Shown here in pieces: positions 26,425 through 39,082 of a DNA stretch of 64,000 nt. Both the position numbers and the translations under genes were made by a program. The stretch is from Raja brachyura. Its lineage: Eukaryota. The stretch spans positions 59,706,001 to 59,770,000 of the forward strand of contig OY740789.1 of assembly GCA_963514005.1 (NCBI GenBank), in the 5' to 3' direction. Every line of letters starts with the position of its first letter. Positions within the stretch are counted from its first letter, which is position 1. Under the pieces are notes generated by a model that saw only the letters and a list, made by a program, of their open reading frames with translations, was not told the DNA's origin and ran no database searches.

Positions 26425-28182
26425 TTACTGTCGTGTCTCTACTCCATTCCAGATGCTCAATAACTAAATCAATTTGTATAAACTGATGGCAGTGTTTTAT
26501 TCAGTGTTGTATACTTTCAAAGAAGGGCAAAAATCTGGAACAAAAATAACAGCTTGATTTGCCCAAAATGCCCTTCTTCCTGCAGGCTCAGCTTTGGGCT
26601 TGAAGAGACGACGCAGGCAATCTCTGGATTATCCTGGCGGCCAGTCCTTGCGTGCGGGCGAGTGGTCCCCCATTGTCTGCAGGGCAGCACGAGCTTCTGG
26701 CATCTCAGGCTTGGTCCGGCCATTCAGCCATACCGTCAGGTGGAGGCACTGCTTCTATCGGGCTTCTTTCCCAACAGTCCAGGCTTGGCCACACGGTGGT
26801 GATACTTGTCACGGGCTTGTTCAGTGGCTCCGTCTTCCTCAAACCTGCAATGGGAACACAGCTAGCAGGAAGGCTCCCCACTTTGTCTCCCTTCTTCGCT
26901 CTCTTCTTTCTTCACCGTTTCTTCAGGTCTTGCTGTTCTGCTTCTTTAATTGTCCTCTCCCAGTCTTTCTCCCTCCTTTCTTTGGCTGGAACCCCTAGGT
27001 TAATGAGGAATAGGGCTGACAGTGGAGCAGGTGAGTGGATCCAATAATCACTAATTGGATCCAGCTGTGGTTCATTTGACTGTGGCCTCAGCTCAGCACT
27101 GAGTGCCGCCGTTGTCCGGTAGCCGAGCGCTGTCAGTAAGCTTCTTCTGGCCTGTCTGCCGGTGACAGGGGTTGGAGTGGACTTCACACATACAAATATA
27201 ATGTTCATTTTGCTTGGAGTGACAATTTTGGCATTACAGTTTCATATGTAAAGAGCGGTTACGATATGCGCCCTTGCAATGGTATTCAATTGTAAACAGT
27301 AAATTTGCTTTTCAGAGGACACGAGGCCATCATTAAGTGATATTTAATGATGATTTAATCTTATTTATTACCAGAATAAATGCAAGAATTTCTAAAATGT
27401 ATGAAAACTACCCTTAAGCTTTAGCAACACAGGATCGTTTTAACCTTTACCCCACTCAAAACCTCCATGTGAACATTGTAGATTTTCAATGCTGATTACA
27501 TTAAAAAAAGACTTAAACAGATTGCGATAGTATAAACTTGAGATTGTGGCAGCTGCATTTTCTAAACAGATATGTTCTGTAATCATGTTCAGAAAGTTTG
27601 ACCGTTCTTTTTAATTGTGTTCTGTTCTTTTAATTGTATAGCTGCATGGTAACTCAAATATCACTGTACCTTAATTGGTGCATGTGACAATGAATCTGAA
27701 TCTGAATCAGATATTCATTTCCACATAATCATTAAAGTGTTTGCATTGAGCCGATATACTGGTAAAGAGTGAATCATTTTTCATGACATCAAATCTATTT
27801 TTGGAGAAAACCTTCTTTGGGGAATTTTAAAGTTGGCTGCAATGTCAGAAAGATCTTTCTTGCATGTCTTTTCTATTTAAAATTTATGTCCAGTTAGCTG
27901 CAATAAGTTGCCACAATAGAGCACATAATATAGGAAGGTACTGCAAAATGAACATATTGAGCACTGTTGGCCACTATATTACTGGAGACCTCTGTTGACC
28001 AAATATTATATTTGAAATAAAATTCCCGAGTGCAGGAGATGGTGCCTGAACACAGTTGAGAAAAGACTGCGGAAGTAAACCTTCAGATCAGTTCCGTTTA
28101 GTTTATTGTCACGTGTGCGGAGGTACATAGAAAAGCTTTTGTTGTGTGCTAACCAGTCAGCAGAAAGACAATACATTATTCA

Positions 28183-28462
28183 GGCATGGTGATGCAGCGG
28201 TAGAGTTGCTGCCATACAGCACCAGAGACCCTGGTTCGATCCTGACTACGGCCGCTGTCTGTACGGAGTTTGTACGTTCTCCTCGTGACCACATGGGTTT
28301 TCTCCACACTCCAAAGACGTACTGGTTTGTATGTTAACTGGTTTTGATAAGAATTGCCAATTGTCCCTAGTGTATAGGATAGTGTTGGTGTATGGGGATC
28401 TCTGGTCGGCATGGACTCGGTGGGCCGAAGGGCCTGTTTCCGCACTGTATCTCTAAACTAAA
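28183..28462 (+). mobile_element. HE1-type V-SINE ending ~31 bp before an exon acceptor
   Basis: Full head, V-domain and tail (gggccgaagggcctgtttccgcactgtatctctaaactaaa). Preceded by a minus-strand Rex-type tail at 28097-28176. Confidence 0.88.
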
Positions 28463-28493
28463 TGCTAATAAATATGTTCACTTTTTATTGCAG

Positions 28494-28676
28494 AATCCTC
28501 TCGCAAATGTCTGTTCAATGGCACTGAGTACACAGAAGGCGAGGTGTATCGCATGGAGGCTTGTTGGTTCTGCCGCTGTCGGGGTGGGATCTCATTGTGC
28601 TCCAAAGTAGAATGTGGAGAGCTGAAATGTGAGAACTATTACATCCCTGAGGGAGAGTGCTGTCCAGTTTGTCAGG
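28494..28676 (+). CDS. CRIM1: CRIM1-like exon, first VWC (chordin-type CR) domain (CRIM1 exon 6 homologue)
   Basis: Acceptor ttattgcag| and donor |gtaagt; 183 bp, phase 1-1. Translates (E)SSRKCLFNGTEYTEGEVYRMEACWFCRCRGGISLCSKVECGELKCENYYIPEGECCPVCQ, a frame absent from the ORF track. Confidence 0.92.
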
Positions 28677-30153
28677 GTAAGTTTCCATGGACAGGAATGA
28701 CGGTCTAGATTATAAACTGGTGCCTCCAGCTAAAGAAAAATTAAGCAATCACCCGGTGTGTATGTTGCATTTAAATTGCATTGTTCATATATGATATAAG
28801 TCTTTGTCTTGCTCTTGCAGTGATTTATGAGATGCCCACTGGCTATAGTTTTAGAAAATGCACAGATGGTATAATTCATAACGAACTTGAAATAATTCTA
28901 CATTAATATGTAACCAATGAAACAGCCATGAGGTAAACCTTGATACTGCATACTGTTGATAAAAGAAAGACATCTTTAAATAGAAAGGCGGTGTGTTTTC
29001 CTTTGGAAATGTGGAAAGGTTATACAAGAAAGAGCAGAAGTTGGTTCCCGTGTAGCTGTCATCTGTTTTTGTGGCACTTGGAATGTATTAAATACAGTTG
29101 AATACCCTACAGCAATAACACAGATGGATAGAATTTGCCTCAACCTTAAACTAGAAATGGATCACTTGTGACACTTTATAGTGTTAAGTTTTGAAAAGGA
29201 ACAGCCATGGATTAAAACCTGGCATTTCAATGTCCATGCATGCAAAAAAAAATCAAAACCTGCCCAGTAACCTTTATTGTCTTTACACATCAAATTAATT
29301 TGGGGAACTGTGTTTGTAGCACATATATTTGTGAAAATGTTGCTTCACACAAAAAGAAATCGAACATTTCTGTCTTATTATGGTGGCATGAATATGTAGT
29401 TTACAATTTTGTAAGACACCTGGATGGCAAAAGTAATTTGCATGTAGATCAATTAATAATTTGCAGAGCTTTTCTCTTTAAAAATCGGACCATTTTAAAA
29501 TTTATCATTTTGGAAACATTTTTCTTGCAGCATTTTTTATTTTTACCATATATTACACCTACTGAGCATTTCAGAATAATGTAGCCAGAGTACTTAACCT
29601 GGTGCAGGATTAATTCCAGTTAAATTTCTAAACATTTTGCATTTATACTGGCAATCTAGCAATGTTTTTGCTACCAAGCATGTTACTTGAACTGCTGAGC
29701 TTTTCCACCATTGTTTTTCTTTTGTTCCAGACTCCAGAATCTGTAGTCTCTTTTCATTTATTTTTGATTTTATGGACAGGTTATATTTGTGAACACATTA
29801 AGTTTTTGTAAATATTCCCATTCTTTGCATTTCTACAATAACTAACAAATCTAAGCATTCAGATTTATTCAGGAATGAAACAACTATGCATAAATTCCTT
29901 AAAAATCACCAAATGTAGGGCAACTGTAAGAATAAAACATATGGAAAGCAACATAGATTTTGTGGAGCCCAGGCCATTGTGTGGATGCTTTTCATGTCAA
30001 TCAATGTACAAAAGTCATAAATTATGCTAAGTTAGTGTCCCCCCCTTTAAATGTTAACTAAACAACATTAGTGTAACAAAATTATGAAGTTTCTTTTGCA
30101 TGTAAGAAAGTTTCTTATGACGTTTTTTTTACTAGGCTAAAATAATCACAAAG

Positions 30154-30340
30154 TGTGTAGGAAAGAACTGCAGATGCTGGTTTAAAATGAAGATAGACAC
30201 AAAACGGTGGAGTATTTCAGCGGGACAGACAGCATCTCTGGAGAGAAGGAATGTGTGACGTTTTAACCCGAAAAGTCACCTATTCCTTCTCTCCAGAGAT
30301 GCTGCCTGGCCCGCTAAGTTACTCCAGCATTTTGTGTATC
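30154..30340. mobile_element. PLE foldback element
   Basis: Inverted arms (cagcatctctggagagaaggaat / attccttctctccagagatgctg) centred on a collapsed hammerhead region. Confidence 0.8.
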
Positions 30341-30764
30341 TGATGAAGTGTGCCAGACACAAAAAGTCACCTCTTCCTCTTCCACAGATGCTGCCTGATC
30401 TGAATGTTTTCAGCATTTCTCCCTTTGATTTCCACACATGAGCTATTCCTCTTCATCCTAGATTCCTTGCTTGAAATCTGCCTTGGTCATGAACAGCACA
30501 TGTCAGACATCACTCCCTAATCTATAGTCTTTCTACAATCCCTCCTATTTCATACATGGCCAAAGTAATGTACAGAGGGATTTGGGGGTCCAAGTCCATA
30601 ACTTCCTGAAAGTAACAACATAAGAAGAGAGAATGGCAAAGAAGGCAAATGATATCCTTTCCTTGTTAAAGAAGGAACTGCAGATGCTGGAGAATCGAGG
30701 GTTACACAAAAAGCTGGAGAAACTCAGCGGGTGCAGCAGCATCTAAGGAGCGAAGGAGATAGGC

Positions 30765-30792
30765 GACGTTTCGGGTCGAGACCCTTCTTCAG
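30765..30792 (-). ncRNA. Minimal (short stem III) hammerhead ribozyme motif
   Basis: Minus strand CUGAAGA-A-GGGUCUCGACCC-GAAAC-GUC: intact CUGANGA and GAAA cores, stem II GGGU/ACCC, palindromic ACGU and a GUC cleavage triplet. Confidence 0.75.
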
Positions 30793-31023
30793 ACTGGTCA
30801 GGGATCAGGGAAACGAGAGATATAAACAGTGATATGGAGAGATAAAGCAAGAACAATGAGTGAAAGATATGCAAAAAAGTATTGGTGATAAGGGAAGCAA
30901 GCCTCCCTTAATGGCTTGCTTCCCTTATCACCAATACTTTTTTGCATATCTTTCACTCATTGTTCTTGCTTTATCTCTCCATATCACTGTTTATATCTCT
31001 CGTTTCCCTGATCCCTGACCAGT

Positions 31024-31051
31024 CTGAAGAAGGGTCTCGACCCGAAACGTC
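31024..31051 (+). ncRNA. Minimal (short stem III) hammerhead ribozyme motif
   Basis: ctgaagaagggtctcgacccgaaacgtc, intact core, sense to the host gene. Confidence 0.75.
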
Positions 31052-32883
31052 GCCTATCTCCTTCGCTCCTTAGATGCTGCTGCACCCGCTGAGTTTCTCC
31101 AGCTTTTTGTGATATCCTTTCCTTGATCATTTGGGGCATTGAGGGTGAGAGTCAGGAAGCCATGTTGCAGCTTTAAAATACTTTGGTTAGGCCACATTTG
31201 GAGTATTTTATGGCATTCTGGTCACCCCATTACAGGAAAGATATGCAGGTTTTGAAGAGGATGCAGAAGATGTTAAGATATTTTCATGAGCTGTAAGGAG
31301 AGGTTAGACCAACTTGGATTCTTTTCACTGGAGCGTTGGAAGTTGATTGAGTGTATAAAATTATAAAAGCCATTGATAGGTTGATAGGGTAGAACCTTTC
31401 CCAGGGCAGATATGTCAAAGACCAGAGGGCGTAGTTTTAGTGGGCGGGGGGAGGATGGGTTTCAAGGAGATGCGCAGGGCAATTTTTTTTACACAATTGG
31501 TGGTAGGTGCCTGGGTCATTATGACAGTGGCATTTAAGAGGTTTGTAGAAAGGTAAATGAATATGCAGGGAATGGAGGGATATGGATCAAGGATCTTAGT
31601 TTAACTTAGCATCAAGCTCAGCACAGGCAGGTGGGCTGTGGGCTGAAGGGCCTGTTACTGTGTTCTGTACTCTTTCATATTCCATGTTATCTACAGTCTC
31701 CTCTTTCTGTTCTTTCAACAATCACAGAGCTTTTGGCTCCCTTCTACCATCAGTCTGAAGTTCTCTCTGTGTTTGATCATTTCACAATTTAGAAAGAAAA
31801 ATGGTCAAATTCATCTCCTCGATGTGCCTTAAATGATGTGTGGATTTGTCCACCATTTGAAATCTTTCAGAATCTTTTGTAAAATGTTATAAATTATCAC
31901 TTGAGGGATCAGACACTGACGGTTGACTACAATGACACAAATAATCAATTCAAGAATTTAAGCCCTGAGTTTCAAGGCTGTAACCGGATAAAAGGAATTT
32001 CAGAAACAAGGTGTTAGGTGAGGGACTCGCCTAAACTAAATAAATATTGCAACTGAATGTTCAATATCAGATTTTAGTCTCCATCTGATGCTGGAACAGT
32101 TTTTAAACTTGACCATTTTGAAGTTCATGATGATAAAAAACAAAGCAAGATGTTTTCTGCAAAGATTTGATCTGATAAGAGATGAAAAATCCTGTTTACT
32201 GTTCCAGTTAATTAATATAAAACATGTATCTTGAATACCGCAAAATACATGATCTGCCTTTTGTGGTTGGAACCAATGCACTACAGAGATGACAAATGCT
32301 GGGATTTTTTTCCCCTGAAACTTGGAGTGAAATGTAAAAACCTTGGAGTGTATTTTCATGCAGTGAGACCACAATCCAGAAGGACTAACAGCTCAATCAG
32401 CAATCATTGGGCATCAAAAAACTCCAAAAATGTTATTACTTGATTGAAAACCTTTGCCATTGGTTTTACTTATTTCAATGCAGCAAAATACCTATAATCC
32501 AAGACATTCTGGACTGGTGCAGTCAGAATAGCAGATTTTTTTTGCATTATGGAGTGTTATTCTTATAAATATGATAACACAATTTTAATTCTTTTCTTTT
32601 AATGTTACATGGTTTTTTAAAATAAAAATTCCCAGTGGTCCTGGTAAATGTAACGAGTGCAGGTGCTAGGGCCCTAGTGAGTAGGAGGGAGCACAGAAAT
32701 AGGGGATGATTGTGAGTCAGAGAAACAAGGGAACAAGGAACAAGAATCCTGGTGAGTCAGAGGAAACATCATCCAGTGACTCATTTGCCAAACAATCAGG
32801 ATTTCTGAATAATCAGATAGCAACATAACATAATTTTATTAAAATTAAACTTTGGCCGATGCTTTAGCTTGTTAAAACTACAG

Positions 32884-33175
32884 GGGTGGCGCAGTGATGC
32901 AGCAGTAGAGCTGCTGCCTCACAGCGTCGGAGATCCAGGTTCGATCCTGACTAAGGGTGCTGTCTGTGTTGGGTTTGTATGTTCTCCCTCTGGTTTCCTT
33001 GGGTGCTCCAGTTTCCTCCCACATCCTCAAGACGTGCAGGTTTATAGGCTAAGTAGCTTCTATAAATTGCCCTAGTTTGTAGGATGCGAAACTGGGATAA
33101 CATAGAACTGGTGATTGATGGTGCCGTGGCTTCGGAGGGCCTAAGGACCTATTTTACACACTGTATCTGAAAACT
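32884..33175 (+). mobile_element. HE1-type V-SINE
   Basis: Head, V-domain gggtgctccagtttcctcccacatcctcaagacgtgcagg and tail. Confidence 0.82.
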
Positions 33176-33239
33176 AGAAGCCTAAAAAGTGTTAATGAAC
33201 AAAAATTGAGCTAATTGAAAGGAAGACTGAGAATACTAA

Positions 33240-33600
33240 GTGTGATGTCTAAGAATATGGCTTTGAATGGAAGCATATATACAGAAGATCTATGAAAGAA
33301 AGTTAATATCCCAGTGAACCTGGTAAGTGTAAAGAGTGCAAGAGCCAGAGCTCCAGTGAGTTGGAGAGAGCTAATAATAGAGGGAGCTAACGAGGGAACT
33401 AATAATAGTTTGGATGCCTTAAAACAAAAAAAAAGTGGAAATAGCTTTTGTCGTCCTGTACCTGGAACAAGAAGCTGAGGAAGAACAGAAGAGGACTGGT
33501 TAGACGATATTAAGTGTATTGCTGAAGAGGATGACTGAAGTATCCTGAGTAACCCAGGACAGACAATGGCGTGGACTCATTCAGTCCCTTTATTATTGCT
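33240..33600 (+). mobile_element. Old RTE-like LINE 3' remnant
   Basis: Decayed R.R..W.DDI....AQDR.WR-type C-terminal pattern (gaggactggttagacgatatt...caggacagacaatggcg). Confidence 0.4.
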
Positions 33601-35737
33601 GAGCTGACAGATGGAATCTTAGCACGAGTAGTAGTAACCGTATCGGAGCTTCGAGGAGTAGCTCAGAGAAGACTTTTGAAATACGTCAAGTAAAAATAAT
33701 GAGCCAGAACTTGTTGTCTGGGCGAGTTGTCTTGCCCGCTCCCACCGTGTGACTTGCATACCAGTTACAGACTTGACTTGTCCAGATGTCAGTCCGCTGC
33801 CTGAGGCTGTCTTGAACTAGAATGGCAGAGCTCTTCAAGGCAGCAGCGGCTTGAGCTGCATGATGCCATCAGGGGGCAGATCAAAACCTGCCCACTGAAC
33901 AGCTGAAGACATTTGGCAGCCCCCAAACCTGCCCACCCGTGTTATGTCAGCTGTCAAGTACTCTGAACATTTCAAAACACCTTCACTATTCAGAAGCAGT
34001 CAAACACGTGAGACAACCACTTCAAGCTTGAGATTCTGATAGGTTTCATTAATCAAAGGGAGTAATGCAATGGCACCATCAATATGTCATCAGGATCAAG
34101 ACCAAACAGAGTTATCATCATACTGAAGAAGTGCTTCAGAATCTTAAAAAGATCTGGAGCTTGACCAGCCAGGGTCAACCAGACACAGACCTGAAGGGGG
34201 ATCGCGGTGAAGTTCAGATAATGCAAAGGAGGAAGATGTTGAGGATGAAGGAAAACTAGCTGTTCTGATGCCCGCTTGAGATACCAAGGATATCCTCCTT
34301 ACTGCAAGGTTTATTTGGGTATCACCAGAAGATTCATGTCACAAGGAAACCCAAGAGCTATTCATCTCAGAGCCTCATAGCATCAACCAACTTGTCCAAG
34401 AGTTGGCTTCACTTTTCTCTCAGCATTCATGCACAGTGGACCTTTCAGTGCTTCACATGTCAATGTTTCCCAGAATTCAGCATCTATGTCCAGCTGAGCA
34501 GAGATTGAAAGTGAACTCTTCCCTCTTGCCCCTGTAACCATCTGTCCTTCTATCACTGGTTAGTGAAGTCACCAGCTGAAACCCAATTGATGTGAGATTC
34601 CACCATTTTCCAAATTTCTGAGCTGGTGAAAGGCAAAGTGCATCCTCAGGGCTTTCAGTTCCTAATATGAATCATTATTGACCATGTGTGTGTGATGAGT
34701 CTAAATGATGTGAAAGGCATGCAATAGACCTGGAAGCGAATATTATGAATTATCCTGACAATAATTATACTATAATAGAATAATAGAAACAATGGAAACC
34801 GTTTCATCTTGAGTGCCATATTATGTGAATGGCTGTTATTTAATTTTGTCACCAAGTAGATGGGAGGTTCTTGCTTTCATTGGCCAGAGTCAATGAAACA
34901 CCATCAATCTTCAGTGCTGCCTCATCTCAGTTCAAATGGGAAATGTGTCCAACAATTCTTTCCCTCTCCATGAGGTTCTATGCTCTCTTTTGCAATAAAG
35001 AATAAAGGAAAATAATAAAGAATTTTGCGTTCACCTGATTTCACCTGAGTAAAATTACTTGGATGAGGATAAAAATGAGCAAAAGTTAAATCATTGAGGA
35101 TGAGTGGGAATTGATTGGTTTGTTAAGATATCAGGAAATGCACAGCGAGAGAAGAATGTCTGCAGCTTCTAGATAAGTAGCTAAAGGATATGAGAGGAAA
35201 AAGTGTGGGTCTAGGGTGATGTATGCAGCAGGATGTATCACTGAACAGAGAGGCGTGCAAAACAGCATTATTCTTTTTTCAAAGATTGCAGATTTTATTA
35301 TGTTTGCCCCTCTGTTTAACATTAAAAATCTTGTGAAAGTTGGCATTTTTAAAGCTTTAATCACAAATAACTTGTGAAATTTAGGATCAAATCTTAAGTG
35401 AACCTGATCACTGCCAGGGCGGGAAAAATGTCCACCGGAATATGTAAAAATGTTATCGTTACCGGGTAGTTTTTTCGCGAAGATGTAAAGACACCCACAT
35501 ATACACAGACACGTACAAGATACACGTACAAGATATAAGTATATATGATGTAAAAAAAGTCTAACAATTTCTGCTTGCATCTCAGTTCACAGTGGCAAAA
35601 AATTGCAATCACTCTGCCAACCCCATTCATGACACCCCTCCATCATTTTGTTATTTCTTTGCCCTTTTTAGAATTTGCCTACAAGTGTCATATTATTTCA
35701 ATGTTAAATTATTCCTGTTGTCCACCCTATCATAGAC

Positions 35738-36112
35738 ACTCATAAGATCATAAGTGATAGTAGTAGAATTAAACCATTCAGCCCATCAAGCCTACTCCGC
35801 CATTCAATCATGGCTGATCTATCTCTCCCTCCTAACCCCATTCTCCTGCCTTCTCCCCACAACCCCTGACACCCCAACTAATCAGGAATCTGTTAATTAT
35901 TTCCTTAAAAACATCCATCGACTTGACTTCCGCATACATCTGTAGCAATGAATTCCACCGATTCACCATCCTCTGACTAAAGACATTCCTCGTCATCTCC
36001 TTTGTAAAAGATACTACCCTTAATTCTGAGTCCATGGCCTCTGGTTCTAGACTCTCCCACTAGCGGAAACATCCTCTCCACATAACCGCTCTATTCAGGC
36101 CTTTCACTATTC
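35738..36112 (-). mobile_element. CR1 LINE 3' end
   Basis: Minus-strand EMTRNVFSQRMVNRWNSL motif and tail cataagatcataag. Confidence 0.8.
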
Positions 36113-36129
36113 TGGCAGTTAAGTGCAGC

Positions 36130-37130
36130 TTTGTACAGTGTGGGCTTAGCATCGGGAAGTGGAAAACTACATCCGTCAACTGAAAGAGTGAACATTTCTA
36201 ATTTCAAACTACGTGTTGTTCTTATCACCCCTGTACTCACTGACCATCCACCGCATGAAGACTATCCTACCCCTGCACTTAAAACCTGTCACACATCTAC
36301 CATCTTACAATTCTGATGAACAATTCTGAAGCTACAACTCCGGTGAGTTGCCAAAAACGATGAAGAAAATATTTCTGAGCCAATCAAATCACACTCTGGT
36401 TCAGCAGTCTTTCAAGGATGTGAGAATATCGAAAAAAAATACTACAAAATATTTAATCCTTTTTATATATACAAGACTACTACAACTCAAAGAAAGCTAA
36501 AAGTAGTACCACATCCTTTAATCCCTCGGGATTTATCTGCCCTTTAGGTAGGGACTATCTGTGCCATTTCCAAACTGGCACAGTTTCTTCAAGTGGATAA
36601 CTGTTCCACTGCTTGGTTTCATGATGATGCCATGACTCATGCACTGTTAAGAAACTGGTAGTAAACAGCTGCCGGCATGTTTTGTGCACACGTGCGTGAT
36701 CATCCTATCACCAAATATGGGGAATTGTTGAATTATTCCCCAGATCAGACCCATGGTTGCTCCCTCTTAATCTATTGAGCATTTCCTCCATTTTCTATTT
36801 GCTTAATTTTAATTCTATTTGCTTAATCTTTAATTCTATTGCTTGTGCAACTATTACCGCCTTTGCTTGGGACCGCCATCCTTTTTGTCCCTTGCGCACT
36901 CCTACTATAGAACATTTCGCTCATCTTCCCATTTGTTCTTTCTTACCTCTGCCTTGTCTCCTATCGCCCAAAACCTACGCTCCCCATCCTTGTTCTCGTA
37001 TAGATCTGTGACACCGCTAACATCCTCCTGACACTGACGTGAAAATTAACGCTTTGTTTCCCTCTCCCTCGCCCACCCCCAGCATGGATGCTATTAAACC
37101 TCCTGGGTATGTCCAACATGGTTGATGTTT
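36130..37130 (+). mobile_element. Old Penelope-like element ORF/3' remnant
   Basis: RV.L..T.HP-like linker remnant at ~36210-36260 and a decayed ctgacgtgaaaattaac pLTR end near 37030-37130. Confidence 0.4.
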
Positions 37131-37264
37131 TCCTGAAATGTTATTTTAGTCTTGGTTTATATTCGCAGTTTCTTGCAACTTTTAGTTTTTCCCAAAATTA
37201 TTTTTAGGAAAATAATGAAATGGAATTTTTCCCATTCATAAAAACGCAGCAATCTCTCTTTTCA

Positions 37265-37525
37265 GGCAACTGAACGATCCTACCAACAACTCGAGAACAT
37301 TCCCGAGTTACTATTTACCTAATTCGAGACCCTCGGCCCCTTTTTGATCGGCCTTTACTAGACTTTATCTTGCACTAAACTTTATTCAAGTTATTCCCTT
37401 TATCATGTAGCTATACACTGTGGATGACTCGATTGGAATCATGGATTGTCTTTCGGCTGACTGGTTAGCACGTAACAAAAGCTTTTCACTGTACCTCGGT
37501 ACACGTGACAATAAACTAAACTCAA
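37265..37525 (+). mobile_element. Rex1/Babar-type 3' tail
   Basis: gcttttcactgtacctcggtacacgtgacaataaactaaact. Confidence 0.75.
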
Positions 37526-37554
37526 ACCTTCCAAACGGCACGAAAAGCATTTGG

Positions 37555-37820
37555 GTTTAGTTTAGTTTACCCATTAAGATCACGCTGAATGGCGATCCCC
37601 GTACTCTATAATACTATCTTACACACTAGAAACAATTTACAATTTTTACCAAAGCTAATTAGCTTCCAAGCCTGTACATCTTTGGAGTGTGGGAGGAAAC
37701 TGGAGCACCCGGGCAAAACCCACGCAGTCACAGGGAAAACGTACAAACGCCATACAGATAGCGCTCAAACCCGGGTCTCTGGTGCTGTATGGCAGCAACT
37801 GTACTGCTGCACCACCATAT
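37555..37820 (-). mobile_element. HE1-type V-SINE
   Basis: Reverse V-domain tttggagtgtgggaggaaactggagcacccgggcaaaacccacgcagtcacaggg. Confidence 0.85.
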
Positions 37821-37892
37821 CACCCCTGTTATTATTTTATTCTGAATTTATCATTTAACTTAATTCAATCACTCTAACTCTGTCCTGTGCAG

Positions 37893-38090
37893 ATCCAGTT
37901 TTCCCAGCCATCGGTGGAGTAGGATGTTTGGCGAGAGATCAGATTCGAGCACATGGCGATCACTGGCGAGAAGATGACTGTACTTTCTGCCATTGCGTCA
38001 ACGGAGAACATCACTGCGTTGCCATGGCTTGCAAACAGACCTGTCAGAATCCAGTCAAAATACCAGGGGAATGCTGCCCTTTCTGTGAAG
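37893..38090 (+). CDS. CRIM1: CRIM1-like exon, second VWC domain (CRIM1 exon 7 homologue)
   Basis: Acceptor ctgtgcag| and donor |gtaaga; 198 bp, phase 1-1. Translates (D)PVFPAIGGVGCLARDQIRAHGDHWREDDCTFCHCVNGEHHCVAMACKQTCQNPVKIPGECCPFCE; AHGD.WREDDCTFC is characteristic of CRIM1. Confidence 0.95.
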
Positions 38091-38625
38091 GTAAGACTGA
38101 AAAATGGGCAATTTGCAGTCTTTATGAGATATGTTTCTCATTTTCCAGTGAAGGTTGCCCTCACACAACAGTACCATAAAAATCTCTGACATTTAGCAAT
38201 ATAATGTCATTAAGGTTCAATAATTACATTGAAATCACCCCTAAACCAACAAGCTAGGAAATTAATTTTCAACTCTTAAATATATTGCAAAGGATGAAAC
38301 AGGCTTGATATCACACATGAACTCTGCTGTAGTAGTGGAAGTCTGTAGCATGGAAAGAAGCCACAGCCTTCATCTTATATATTGTAGTCAAAAATCAACT
38401 TTAAATTATCCTCATTTCCCCTATCCTGCTTCTGAGCCCTGCAGGTTATGTCTTCAGAATTGCTGATCTCGATAAATTTTAACTATGATGAGAGTATTTG
38501 CGTTGTCTGTCCTTTGAAGCAATTAATTCCTGACCCCTACCACTGATTTGCTGATTTTCATACTGGTCAAAAAAATTATACACATTAGGTTTTTATCTAA
38601 AGGAAATGTCAAGTCCGTACTAGCC

Positions 38626-38805
38626 TGTGTAGGAAGGAACTGCAGATGCTGGTTTACACGAAGGTAGACACAAAATGTTAGTGTAACTCAGCGGGAATGA
38701 GTCTAACTGAGTAAGTCTGAAGAAGGGTTTTGACCCAAAATGTCACATATTCCTTTTCTCCAGAGATGTGCCTGACCCACTGCGTTACTCCAGCATTTTG
38801 TGTCT
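38626..38805. mobile_element. PLE foldback element with decayed hammerhead
   Basis: Inverted tail arm followed by gtctgaagaagggttttgacccaaaatgtc...tactccagcattttgtgtct. Confidence 0.8.
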
Positions 38806-38967
38806 GTTAGTCATTACTAGTGACTGTTTTTGTTCAACAGTTATTCAGGTTTACTATGCCATGCAAGTCTCCCAAACATCGAGCAAGAAAGTGGTCCACT
38901 TTCAGGAGTCTTTTTTAAAAACTCAAAACCAGCGATGCCCCAGTCATCTAATTTTAGCGTTTTAGTG

Positions 38968-39082
38968 GTCTGAAGCAGGGTCTCGACCTGAAACGTCACC
39001 CATTCCTTTTCTCCAGAGATGTTGCCTGTCCCGCTGAGTTACTCCAGCATTTTGTGCCTATATCTTAATTTTGGTGTTAACC
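38968..39082 (+). mobile_element. PLE end beginning at the hammerhead
   Basis: gtctgaagcagggtctcgacctgaaacgtcacccattcc... Confidence 0.8.

Larger units (their letters stand above)
30666..31109. mobile_element. Young PLE-derived foldback element with perfect 199-bp inverted arms
   Basis: Arms 30705-30903 / 30913-31111 with a 9-nt loop. 16-bp TSD tgatatcctttccttg (30650-30665, 31110-31125). Unpaired ~39-bp extension on the left. Confidence 0.92.
30560..31690 (+). mobile_element. CR1 LINE 3' portion, interrupted by a PLE palindrome
   Basis: RDLGVQVH...KKAN motif before the insertion, continuing after it as LVRPHLEY..FWSP.YRKD and the 3' tail. Confidence 0.8.

Noticed and set aside
35170-35548. 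Possible minus-strand Helitron-like element
   Set aside because: Only a TC-start-like end and general resemblance to 17894-18110; no clear hairpin-CTAG terminus.
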